DNA from: a virus
IMG/VR virus record: IMGVR_UViG_3300045988_037736
Coordinates: 32,001 to 96,000 of that record
Direction: 5' to 3' (one strand)
Length of the DNA stretch: 64,000 nucleotides
Position 1 is the stretch's first letter. Every line of letters begins with the position of its first letter. This document shows positions 47,065 to 54,394 of the stretch, piece after piece. A program made the translations under genes and the position numbers. A model generated the notes under the pieces. The model had not been told where the DNA came from. It searched no databases and saw only the letters and a program-made list of their open reading frames with translations.

Positions 47065-47716
47065 TTTTATATTTCCATTTATAACCTCCAGCTGATGGTC
47101 TTTTACCTCTAGCACATCTTGATATGTGAGTCTCCAAAACTCCAGTATCTCTAGCTGCATCAGCTATTGATGGGTATGTACAAATTATATTTCCTTCTTT
47201 ATCACATTTAACTATTTCAATTAAGTCATGATAACTGTGATTAAGTCTCATCTTAAGCTTAGCCTCTTCAGACTTAGGCTTTCCTTGTAAGGATAAACTT
47301 ATCTTTAATTTATGCTCTATTGTGAGAGGAACACCTTTGAATCTGGAACTTACTAAGAGCTTAACATGCTCAGGTATCTTTTTACCTTTGCCTTTAACAC
47401 TCATTTTTCTTCTAGTCTCTTCAGAATGCCTATATCCAAGAGACCCTTCCCCGCCATCAGTTATATTATAAGATATGCCTAGCTCCTTATATTCTTTAAT
47501 TAAGGTTATCTCTAACAGATTAGCTTCCTCTTTAGTTAGTCCTTCTTTTATTATATCATGCTTAAAGTTATCCCACCCATACTTTTCTATGGCTCTCTTA
47601 AAGATACCTGTTTTGTATCCTCTCCCCTCTTTCCATCTCTTTCCCACATTAAAAGAGGTCTGACCTATGTAGACCTTGCCATTAACTTTATTGGTGTGTT
47701 TATATACTGTGTACAT
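47051..47716 (-). CDS. GIY-YIG homing endonuclease (third copy)
   Basis: MYTVYKHTNKVNGKVYIGQT motif. Confidence 0.75.
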   Translation of the reverse strand: MYTVYKHTNKVNGKVYIGQTSFNVGKRWKEGRGYKTGIFKRAIEKYGWDNFKHDIIKEGLTKEEANLLEITLIKEYKELGISYNITDGGEGSLGYRHSEETRRKMSVKGKGKKIPEHVKLLVSSRFKGVPLTIEHKLKISLSLQGKPKSEEAKLKMRLNHSYHDLIEIVKCDKEGNIICTYPSIADAARDTGVLETHISRCARGKRPSAGGYKWKYKNETT

Positions 47717-47766
47717 ATCAAAAAAAAATAGCCTGTACAGAACTTAATCTATACAGGCTTAGATTA

Positions 47767-48189
47767 TTAGATTATGATGTCAGGAGGAGCTGTTACCAGA
47801 TTGGATTTCTTAGGTTCCTCAATCTCATCATACTCTTCAATAATGAATTGAATATCTCTATCTTGAAGAAGCATGTAACTCTTACCATCCATCTCTACAA
47901 TATCAAACCTGTATTCAAGGATTGGATTGCCTCCTTCAATGTCAGTCTTTATTGAGTTATCTTTATGCTTCTTTACGGCAAATCTTGTAGCATCTATGCA
48001 AACCAAGTCACCTGCCTTGATACCTCTGACTGAGTCACCAACTGCAACTACCTTCTGATACTCCTTTACAGTACCTTTCTGCTTTGTAGAGTCAATGATA
48101 CCTCCAGAAGTGAGAGAGTCTGTCTCATACAAGTCCATTGTTGTAATGAGAGCAGTGAACATTGGCTTTATTTTCTTTACTTTAATCAT
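47767..48189 (-). CDS. GroES/Cpn10-like co-chaperonin (phage gp31-like)
   Basis: SGGIIDSTKQKGTVKEYQKVVAVGDSVRGIKAGDLV matches the GroES mobile-loop/core pattern. Confidence 0.5.
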   Translation of the reverse strand: MIKVKKIKPMFTALITTMDLYETDSLTSGGIIDSTKQKGTVKEYQKVVAVGDSVRGIKAGDLVCIDATRFAVKKHKDNSIKTDIEGGNPILEYRFDIVEMDGKSYMLLQDRDIQFIIEEYDEIEEPKKSNLVTAPPDIII

Positions 48190-48454
48190 TCTTCTCCCTT
48201 AAATTTCTTATGTATTTATATCTTTCTTTTACCCTTTTAACTCTATCATAAGTACATGATAACTTACCAAGAGAGGGTATATTGAAGTTTGTCCTTAGTT
48301 TCTGAAACTCCTCTTCAGAAATATCCTCTTTAAGAGGTAGTCCTTGAATAGAATCCCTTATAAACTTCCAATAAGACTTGTATACTTTATCCACTACTCT
48401 AGGTGGTAAGTTAAGTTCTTTAGATAATTGAGTTACAAGGTCATTGTAGTTCAT
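48182..48454 (-). CDS. hypothetical protein 90 aa
   Basis: ORF. Confidence 0.5.
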   Translation of the reverse strand: MNYNDLVTQLSKELNLPPRVVDKVYKSYWKFIRDSIQGLPLKEDISEEEFQKLRTNFNIPSLGKLSCTYDRVKRVKERYKYIRNLREKND

Positions 48455-48837
48455 CAGCTGAGTTCAAAATTAAGAAGTAACCTGAAAGAACCTTGTTCTT
48501 CTGTGAGGTTTGGAATGAACTTTGGATTGATTCTGCCCTCAAGGATGACCTTGTTCTTTCTGAGTTTCCCCATTATTACTTGAAAGTGGGGGAGAGAGAT
48601 GTTACACCCCTCTCTCACCACTTTCTTTGTATCTTCACTCATCACAACCTTATCAAGGATGTCTTCATCATGGATGACTTTACTAAGCTCATATCTCCTC
48701 TTAAGTAAGGAGGAAGCTACCTGCATCTCTCTGTCAGTAAGATTGTGAAAAGGTCTAAGGAACTCAAACCAAAATCTAAAGAAACCTGTGCTTAATGAAG
48801 TGGGGATTCTAATAACATTGTTCATTTTCCCCATCAT
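48454..48837 (-). CDS. hypothetical protein 127 aa
   Basis: ORF. Confidence 0.5.
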   Translation of the reverse strand: MMGKMNNVIRIPTSLSTGFFRFWFEFLRPFHNLTDREMQVASSLLKRRYELSKVIHDEDILDKVVMSEDTKKVVREGCNISLPHFQVIMGKLRKNKVILEGRINPKFIPNLTEEQGSFRLLLNFELS

Positions 48838-48842
48838 AGCTT

Positions 48843-49142
48843 TTACTCCTTTTCAAGTTCTTCCTCTGTAGGTGTGGGAGTAGGAGGAGTCATAAGTTCC
48901 TCAATTTCCTTGGCACATCTTTCTACAAAATCAGGGCTAAACATAGCAGCAGACAGAGTAGGAGCAACTTCAAGTACCTTGAAGCAGTAGTCCAGTCTCT
49001 TGAACATATTGAACATATTAGCTTCCTGGAGCCTTGCTCCGAGCTGTTGTACCTGAGTGCTTAGATTACTTGCAATCTGCTCAAGTTGTTCATAAGTAAA
49101 TCCCGTAGGCTGTTCAGCCATTTTTTCATTCTTCTCTTCCAT
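48843..49142 (-). CDS. hypothetical protein 99 aa
   Basis: ORF. Confidence 0.5.
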   Translation of the reverse strand: MEEKNEKMAEQPTGFTYEQLEQIASNLSTQVQQLGARLQEANMFNMFKRLDYCFKVLEVAPTLSAAMFSPDFVERCAKEIEELMTPPTPTPTEEELEKE

Positions 49143-49154
49143 TTTTATTTTGTA

Positions 49155-49584
49155 TTATAAACCCTTATCTAAAAACTTAAATCCATATTTCTCTTTGTAC
49201 ATCTTCTCCCATTCTTCTATACTTGTTGAAAGGACATCAGCTGAGCCACAGTCATCACAGTAAAGTAGGTCAGGAAGACCAGCATCTCTTATTTTAAGAG
49301 ATAGGCAATGTTTGCAATAGAATACTGGTTCATTATTATATTTAGACTGCAAGTCTGCCTTTATCTCTGAGTTGCCCATATATCTCCTTTCTAAGTTCAT
49401 TAAAGGGCCTGCTGTTCTTTCTTGATGTCCTGTTATTGAAAGGTCTCTTTGGGTAAATGAACCCATAAATTGAAACATGACCTCTTCTCCAAGCCCTCTT
49501 TACAGATTTGAACTTTGACACTGCCTCAAACCTAAGTAGTGTGAGTTCCTTTACATTCTCTTTGTTCTCTTCCATGTTGTTCAA
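49155..49584 (-). CDS. Two ORFs in different frames overlap by 137 nt (49342-49584, 80 aa; 49155-49478, 107 aa with a CxxC...CxxC zinc ribbon). Possible single frameshifted gene.
   Basis: Both frames stay open across the overlap. The downstream frame carries CKHC...CDDC. Confidence 0.4.
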
Positions 49585-49742
49585 TAGTAGTAAACCATTA
49601 CATATCCTTCTCTTGAAGGAAGGATTGAAACCACATCCTCCCTAGGTATCTTATAATCATTGGCAAAATCTGCTAGCTCCCTGATAGTCTGAGCTTCAAC
49701 AGCATTCATTATCTTTCCGTTCTTATACATATCTTCTCCCAT
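49575..49742 (-). CDS. small protein ~55 aa (MGEDMYKNGKIMNAVEAQTIRELADF...)
   Basis: Short ORF below the 60-aa cut-off between the Zn-ribbon gene and the first tRNA. Confidence 0.3.
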
Positions 49743-49757
49743 AATATTTCGATTTAG

Positions 49758-49830
49758 TTGCGGGAGGAGGACTCGAACCTCCGACCTTCAGGTTATGAGC
49801 CTGACTAGCTACCACTGCTAACACCCCACA
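49758..49830 (-). tRNA. tRNA-Met/Ile2 (anticodon CAT)
   Basis: Cloverleaf by hand: T-arm GGAGG-TTCGAGT-CCTCC, anticodon loop CTCATAA. Confidence 0.6.
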
Positions 49831-49836
49831 ATATAG

Positions 49837-49907
49837 AGCAGGATAGGAGAATCGAACCCCCAAATCCACTTTGGAAGAGTGGCATTTTACCATTAAACTA
49901 ATCCTGC
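49837..49907 (-). tRNA. tRNA-Gly (TCC)
   Basis: Perfect 7-bp acceptor GCAGGAT/ATCCTGC. Anticodon loop CTTCCAA. Confidence 0.7.
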
Positions 49908-49916
49908 ACTTACTTG

Positions 49917-49989
49917 AGCTTCCTAGAGGACTCGAACCCCTGACATACTGAGTACAAAACAGTAGTTCTACCAGCTGAACTAAGGAAGC
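49917..49989 (-). tRNA. tRNA-Thr (TGT)
   Basis: Acceptor GCTTCCT/AGGAAGC. T-arm AGGGG-TTCGAGT-CCCCT. Anticodon loop TTTGTAC. Confidence 0.65.
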
Positions 49990-50313
49990 TTTCCTAAAGA
50001 TTACTCAGGATTAATAAGTTTATTAAGTTCTTCTTTAAAAGTTTTGAGCCACTCTTTGTCTTGGTTGTTGGGGCTATTAAGAATAATTTTAGTCTGTGTT
50101 AGCACCATCCTAGCAATAGGGTGTGGTATCTTTACCTGTTCCATAATTATATTTTTTTTTATTTTCTAACACTTATTTCATTTAATTTATCATAAAAATC
50201 AAGAACAAACTGTTCATCCTGCAACAGTGAGTTACTTACCTCTTTGTCAATCTGCTCTAGCTAGAGCATTACATTGGACATAAACCATTTTAAAGCTTCC
50301 TTATTCATTGTGA

Positions 50314-50385
50314 TTAAAGTTAGTCGCCCCACTCTGGCTCGAACAGAGACCAAAGGATTTAGAGTCCTCTGTGCTAACCATTACA
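50314..50385 (-). tRNA. amber suppressor tRNA-Sup (anticodon CTA), built on the tRNA-Gln scaffold
   Basis: TGCCTCA-TG-GTGT-AATGGTTA-GCAC-A-GAGGA-CTCTAAA-TCCTT-TGGT-CTCTG-TTCGAGC-CAGAG-TGGGGCG-A. Anticodon 34-36 = CTA with U33/A37. Positions 8-26 are 18/19 identical to tRNA-Gln(TTG) at 54395-54466. Confidence 0.75.
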
Positions 50386-50890
50386 CCATGAGGCAATATT
50401 TTATTAACAATGCAAAGGTATGAAAAATAATTTAAATTACCAAATAAATTGATAATAAATTTTTAATAAAAGTGTAAATAAAATGGAGATAATATAGCAT
50501 AAGCTACGGTCATATACCAAGATTGATTAGACTCCAGGTCTACACTAGCAGTTCTTTCTTTTTGAACACCAAGAGAATATAATAAATTGTGAGTTCTCCA
50601 TTCATTAAGTAAGCTAAACATAGTTCTGTTATTAATAGAACTGTATGGGTAAAATCTAGCTTTTAAATGAATGAGAAACTACTTCATATCAGATAATGAA
50701 GTGATTTTATAGGAATCATAAATAGCTATATTATTATCAGATATGTCTACTTGATATTTCTGTTTATTATACTAAACTGTGTATTTCATACTTTTACAAA
50801 TAGTAAAGGGGTTATGATAACATGAATTACGCCACCTGAATATTTACAGTAAAACTCAATGTTATATAAATACTTAATTTCTTATTTCAG

Positions 50891-50977
50891 TACCCCCTGA
50901 GAGACTCGAACCCTCACACTACTATTACTTCATACTGGTTCCTAAGACCAGCGTGTCTACCATTCCACCAAGGGGGC
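50891..50977 (-). tRNA. tRNA-Leu (TAG), type II
   Basis: Anticodon arm CTGGT-CTTAGGA-ACCAG with a long variable arm. Confidence 0.6.
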
Positions 50978-50981
50978 ATTG

Positions 50982-51063
50982 TACCTCTGGAGGGATTTGA
51001 ACCCTCAAGGATTAAATCCGAGGGATTTTAAGTCCCTTGTGTTTACCATTTCACCACAGAGGC
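50982..51063 (-). tRNA. tRNA-Leu (TAA), type II
   Basis: Anticodon arm AGGGA-CTTAAAA-TCCCT. Variable arm GGATT/AATCC. Confidence 0.65.
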
Positions 51064-51078
51064 TTATTGTCTCTCTTT

Positions 51079-51678
51079 TTAGAGAGAAGTATATTCTGCT
51101 TTAGCATCAAAACTTGGACATGCTTTATTTGCAAACTCCCTATGGCCATGTATTGTAGCATTAGGGTACTTTGCTTTAAGCTGTTTAAGAAGCTGTACTA
51201 GAGCAGCTTTTTGAGCTTCAGTTCTAGTATCTTTTGGAGTTTTTCCATCCTTGGCACATCCTCCGATATAGCATACTCCAATAGACATTGTATTGTGCCC
51301 AGTACAGTGTGCTCCAGATATAGCCTCTGGTCTACCAGCATGTATTGACCCATCTCTATAGATTACATAATGATAACCTATATCAGAGAAACCTCTTTGA
51401 AGGTGCCATTGCTTAATCTGCGCAGTAGTAAAGTCCTCACCTTCAGGAGTAGCAGAACAATGAACTATAATTTCCTTTATATTCCTCTTGTTCTGAGTTA
51501 CATTCAGCTTAGACCATGTGTTATTTCCCACTATGCCATCTACAACAAGACCATTAGCCTTCTGAAATTCTTTGACTGCTTCTTCTGTGAGAGGTCCAAA
51601 TATTCCATCATCTTTCAGATTAAGCTTCCTCTGAAGGAGCTTTACATTAGGACCTTTATCCCCTCTTTTTATTACCAT
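51079..51678 (-). CDS. endolysin: N-acetylmuramoyl-L-alanine amidase (Amidase_2/PGRP) with an N-terminal peptidoglycan-binding repeat
   Basis: GDKGPNVKLLQRKLNL..DGIFGPLTEEAV..ANGL is a PG_binding_1-like domain. HCSAT...AHCTGHN...IGVCYIG is the amidase core. It is embedded in the tRNA array. Confidence 0.7.
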   Translation of the reverse strand: MVIKRGDKGPNVKLLQRKLNLKDDGIFGPLTEEAVKEFQKANGLVVDGIVGNNTWSKLNVTQNKRNIKEIIVHCSATPEGEDFTTAQIKQWHLQRGFSDIGYHYVIYRDGSIHAGRPEAISGAHCTGHNTMSIGVCYIGGCAKDGKTPKDTRTEAQKAALVQLLKQLKAKYPNATIHGHREFANKACPSFDAKAEYTSL

Positions 51679-51701
51679 ATCTTTCTCTTTTTACTATGTA
51701 G

Positions 51702-51775
51702 TGGAACCTCAGGGAGTCGAACCCCAGCCCTCAGAGCTTCAATCTGATGTGACAAACCATCTACACCAAAGTTCC
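51702..51775 (-). tRNA. tRNA-Phe (GAA)
   Basis: Acceptor GGAACTT/AGGTTCC. Anticodon arm TCAGA-TTGAAGC-TCTGA. Confidence 0.65.
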
Positions 51776-51840
51776 AATATTATCTATTCAGGTCTCTACC
51801 CCTGTCAGGCTTATAGATAAAAGCCAAAGTTCTATTGAAG

Positions 51841-51921
51841 TGGGAGCAAAAGGACTCGAACCTATGAACTCTTAGAGGGTTGATTTACAGTCAACTGCGA
51901 TTGCCGCTACGCGATACTCCC
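51841..51921 (-). tRNA. tRNA-Tyr (GTA), type II
   Basis: Anticodon arm GTTGA-CTGTAAA-TCAAC with a long variable arm. Confidence 0.65.
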
Positions 51922-52104
51922 ATATTTATTATCAAATAACTTGTCAGAGAGGAAGGAGGAACTATCCTTAAGGGACAGGTATAAATACATCACCTGTACA
52001 CCTTATAGAATAGTTCTCAGCAGTCATTCTAAAATAAGCTTTGACTGCTTTCTTAATAAATCTAAGTACTCTCATAACACTGTTATTTAATTAAAATGTT
52101 ATGT

Positions 52105-52176
52105 CTTCCTACAAGGATTTGAACCTTGAACCTTCTGATTAAGAGTCAGTAGCTCTACCATTGAGCTATAGGAAGT
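52105..52176 (-). tRNA. tRNA-Lys (CTT)
   Basis: Acceptor TAGGAAG/CTTCCTA. T-arm CAAGG-TTCAAAT-CCTTG. Anticodon loop CTCTTAA. Confidence 0.6.
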
Positions 52177-52288
52177 GGTAGAAGGGTATTTGTTAAGGAG
52201 TTATTTATCCCTTCCTTCTCCTTAGTAGTCAATTGTAGCTGTTTTTACGGAGGTTTTTCCATGGATAGACTACCTGCTCCTCCAAGGA

Positions 52289-52360
52289 CTCTAGGGTGGG
52301 AATTGAACCCACAAATACTGGTTTTGCAGACCAGCTCCTAACCATTCGGAATCCTAGAGA
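52289..52360 (-). tRNA. tRNA-Cys (GCA)
   Basis: Acceptor CTCTAGG/CCTAGAG. T-arm GTGGG-TTCAATT-CCCAC. Anticodon arm CTGGT-CTGCAAA-ACCAG. Confidence 0.7.
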
Positions 52361-52426
52361 TATAGACATAGCAGTTTGAAACCACCCCAGGGACTACTAT
52401 GCCACTCATGAGTATTGTATGGATGG

Positions 52427-52496
52427 CAGGGCTTGAACCTGCGTGTGACCAACTACCCTTTCTAGTGTGTATAAGACACAGGGGATACATCCATAT
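52427..52496 (-). other. atypical tRNA-like element/pseudogene. Good acceptor and T-arm plus a perfect TGTGT-CTTATAC-ACACA hairpin (anticodon TAT would be Ile/AUA), but no D-arm.
   Basis: Acceptor ATGGATG/CATCCAT and T-arm GCAGG-TTCAAGC-CCTGC are present. The core cannot be folded into a canonical cloverleaf. Confidence 0.3.
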
Positions 52497-52502
52497 GTTG
52501 GG

Positions 52503-52573
52503 GTGCTAGGTGAGAATTGAACTCACATCTTCCACATTCACAGTGTGGTGCTTTACCATTAAGCTACTAGTAC
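52503..52573 (-). tRNA. tRNA-His (GTG)
   Basis: T-arm GTGAG-TTCAATT-CTCAC. Anticodon arm CCACA-CTGTGAA-TGTGG. Discriminator C. Confidence 0.7.
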
Positions 52574-52576
52574 AGT

Positions 52577-52650
52577 TGGGATAGTAGGACTTGAACCTAC
52601 GGTCTTCTGAATATCAGTCAGATGCTTTAACCATCTAAGCTATATCCCAA
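52577..52650 (-). tRNA. tRNA-Ile (GAT)
   Basis: Acceptor TGGGATA/TATCCCA. Anticodon arm TCTGA-CTGATAT-TCAGA. Confidence 0.7.
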
Positions 52651-52653
52651 TGT

Positions 52654-52729
52654 GGCAAAGGTGGAAGGAATCGAACCCTCACTTGTGAATTTGGAGTTCA
52701 CTGTGCTACCATTAACACTACACCAATGA
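52654..52729 (-). tRNA. tRNA-Trp (CCA) with two U-U mismatches in the acceptor stem and a genomically encoded 3' CCA
   Basis: Anticodon arm GTGAA-CTCCAAA-TTCAC. T-arm GAGGG-TTCGATT-CCTTC. 3' ...CACCTTTG-CCA. Confidence 0.5.
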
Positions 52730-52736
52730 GTAATGA

Positions 52737-53213
52737 TTATTTTCTTTTGTTTTTACCTGCGTATGTACTTGTCTGTGAATGACAGTTAGGGCATAAGAAT
52801 CTTAAATTCTCTAATCTATGGTCATTATTTATACCATTTATGTGGTCTAGATGTAGAGATAGTGGCTGACCATTCCACGAGGATATACCACATTTACTGC
52901 ATTCATATTTTAGCAACTTATTGTCTATAAGCCTTCTTTTAAGTGAAGCTATATTAGCATAGCTACTATTCTTTACTAGTATGTTCTCAATGGGATATAC
53001 TTGCGTTGGAGATTTTATGCTTACATCTCCAAAGTGAGATGTTGAACATCCTAGTTCTTGGATTCTTCTTTTCAAGACATCTTGTGAAGAATCCCCTTTA
53101 GTAGTTAGTCCTAATGCTCTCAGGGTATCAGAGTAACTATTAACTCTATTTATTAAATTTATAAACTCCTTATCAGAGATACTATATACTTTACTTGTAC
53201 CTTTTCTTCTCAT
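52737..53213 (-). CDS. HNH homing endonuclease
   Basis: C-terminal HLDHINGINNDHRLENLRFLCPNCHSQ motif. Paralog of the plus-strand HNH at 61700-62116. Confidence 0.8.
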   Translation of the reverse strand: MRRKGTSKVYSISDKEFINLINRVNSYSDTLRALGLTTKGDSSQDVLKRRIQELGCSTSHFGDVSIKSPTQVYPIENILVKNSSYANIASLKRRLIDNKLLKYECSKCGISSWNGQPLSLHLDHINGINNDHRLENLRFLCPNCHSQTSTYAGKNKRK

Positions 53214-53215
53214 AG

Positions 53216-53258
53216 TGGTAGGTAAAAGAATCGAACTTTTACTAGTACCATACCTACC
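53216..53258 (-). other. tRNA minihelix-like element (acceptor stem + T-arm only, 43 nt) directly upstream of the HNH gene
   Basis: GGTAGGT-ATGGTACTAGT-AAAAG-TTCGATT-CTTTT-ACCTACC-A. Perfect 7-bp acceptor and 5-bp T-stem with a canonical T-loop. No D-arm or anticodon arm. Confidence 0.45.
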
Positions 53259-53374
53259 AGTTGCTACCTTTAACCACCCCCTGTAGCTAGGTTGAGTTAT
53301 ACGACACTCAGAACAGAGCTAATATCTGAACATGTTACGTTGAGTCTTACACTAGTACTATTCTCTTTATTAGG

Positions 53375-53444
53375 CTGGGATAGAGAGAATCGAACTCTCA
53401 CCAAGAGATTAACAGTCTCACGCTCGACCTTCGAGCTATATCCC
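53375..53444 (-). tRNA. tRNA-Asn (GTT)
   Basis: Acceptor TGGGATA/TATCCCA. T-arm GAGAG-TTCGATT-CTCTC. Anticodon loop CTGTTAA. Confidence 0.65.
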
Positions 53445-53530
53445 AAAGTGGGCAGTTTCTTTATCCTCTAACTGCCGAAAAGAGGGACTAACAACAGTCC
53501 TACAATTTTATGAAAACATGAAAAACAAAG

Positions 53531-53604
53531 TGGACAATGAGGGACTTGAACCCTGAACTTCTCCTTGCAAAGGAGATGTGTTAGCCAATTACACCACAAC
53601 GCCC
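53531..53604 (-). tRNA. tRNA-Ala (TGC) with an imperfect acceptor
   Basis: Anticodon arm TCTCC-TTTGCAA-GGAGA. T-loop TTCAAGT. Acceptor has one U-U mismatch and two G-U pairs. Confidence 0.5.
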
Positions 53605-53610
53605 ATTAAG

Positions 53611-53683
53611 TAGAGTAGACAAGACTCGAACTTGCAGTATCACTTCATCCCAAATGAAGGGGGTTACCTATTACCCTACTACT
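53611..53683 (-). tRNA. tRNA-Pro (TGG)
   Basis: Acceptor AGAGTAG/CTACTCT. T-arm GCAAG-TTCGAGT-CTTGT. Anticodon arm CTTCA-TTTGGGA-TGAAG. Confidence 0.6.
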
Positions 53684-53691
53684 CTATGTTG

Positions 53692-53777
53692 AGGAGAGCA
53701 TTGGACTCGAACCAAAGCCAAATTAATGACCACACTATTTAGCAGATAGGTTTATCACCTTGATAAATTACTCTCCA
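53692..53777 (-). tRNA. tRNA-Ser (GCT), type II, unusual D/variable arms
   Basis: Perfect acceptor GGAGAGT/GCTCTCC. T-loop TTCGAGT. Anticodon loop CTGCTAA. Its 5' end overlaps the last 10 nt of the FTR-like CDS. Confidence 0.45.
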
Positions 53778-53965
53778 AGTTTCTTATATAAACCGCAGCA
53801 ACAGTGGTCTAGTACTCTGTAGTTTGAGCAAGGACAGTGCTTATCTTCAGAGTTATTCTGACAAGGACACAGTCCATTGTTCTGTTCAACTCTTTTAAGT
53901 ATTGAGTTGACTACTTTATCATTAGGGTTGAGCACCCACCCTTCTTTTCTCAGAATTGTTATCAT
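53768..53965 (-). CDS. ferredoxin-thioredoxin-reductase catalytic-subunit-like Cys-rich protein (65 aa from the internal ATG; the tracked ORF starts at a TTG inside tRNA-Ser)
   Basis: CPC-x11-CPC-x10-HCCC spacing (LCPCQNNSEDKHCPCSNYRVLDHCCCG) resembles the FTR catalytic-chain CPC...CPC...CHC signature. Confidence 0.45.
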   Translation of the reverse strand: MITILRKEGWVLNPNDKVVNSILKRVEQNNGLCPCQNNSEDKHCPCSNYRVLDHCCCGLYKKLGE

Positions 53966-53967
53966 AG

Positions 53968-54054
53968 AGGAAGCCTGAGGACTCGAACCCCACCCACTTT
54001 CACATGAGCATTCAGTTTTCAAGACTGCTTCTATCCCTGATAGATTAGACTTCC
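53968..54054 (-). tRNA. tRNA-Ser (TGA), type II
   Basis: Acceptor GGAAGTC/GGCTTCC. T-arm TGGGG-TTCGAGT-CCTCA. Anticodon arm CAGT-CTTGAAA-ACTG. Confidence 0.5.
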
Positions 54055-54088
54055 ATTTGGCTCCTCTGAGCCTTTGTTACATAGCCAG

Positions 54089-54162
54089 CAGCCCATGGGG
54101 GAATTGAACCCCATCCCTCACATTGACAGTGTGATATGCAAAACCATTACACTTCATGAGCT
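54089..54162 (-). tRNA. tRNA-Asp (GTC)
   Basis: Acceptor AGCTCAT/ATGGGCT. Anticodon arm TCACA-CTGTCAA-TGTGA. Confidence 0.6.
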
Positions 54163-54170
54163 ATATATTG

Positions 54171-54243
54171 TAGTGCCACTGGGGTTTGAACCCAGATTAC
54201 TGCCTTGAAAGGGCAGTTTCCTGACCATTTAGAAGATGGCACC
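54171..54243 (-). tRNA. tRNA-Glu (TTC)
   Basis: Good cloverleaf: D-arm TTCT/GGAA, anticodon arm CTGCC-CTTTCAA-GGCAG, T-arm CTGGG-TTCAAAC-CCCAG. Confidence 0.7.
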
Positions 54244-54318
54244 ATGCACCCTACTTGCACCTTCACAGGCTAGGTAGGTAATGATTCTCACTTCTTTGCC
54301 ATTTACATTCTTTTCACG

Positions 54319-54390
54319 AACAAGTTTGTACTCCCTGTAAGACTCGAACTTACAACTTAGGGCTTAGAAGACCCTTGTTCTTCCATTGAA
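54319..54390 (-). tRNA. tRNA-Arg (TCT)
   Basis: T-arm GTAAG-TTCGAGT-CTTAC. Anticodon arm AGGGT-CTTCTAA-GCCCT. Confidence 0.7.
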
Positions 54391-54394
54391 CTAA

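Noticed and set aside
50982-51063. tRNA with anticodon TAA as a possible ochre suppressor
   Set aside because: Anticodon UAA reads UUA/UUG. It is an ordinary type-II tRNA-Leu. An ochre suppressor would need anticodon UUA.
53966-54022. Tracked start (TTG at 54022) of the FTR-like ORF
   Set aside because: It would place 19 codons inside tRNA-Ser(TGA). The internal ATG at 53965 gives a non-overlapping gene.
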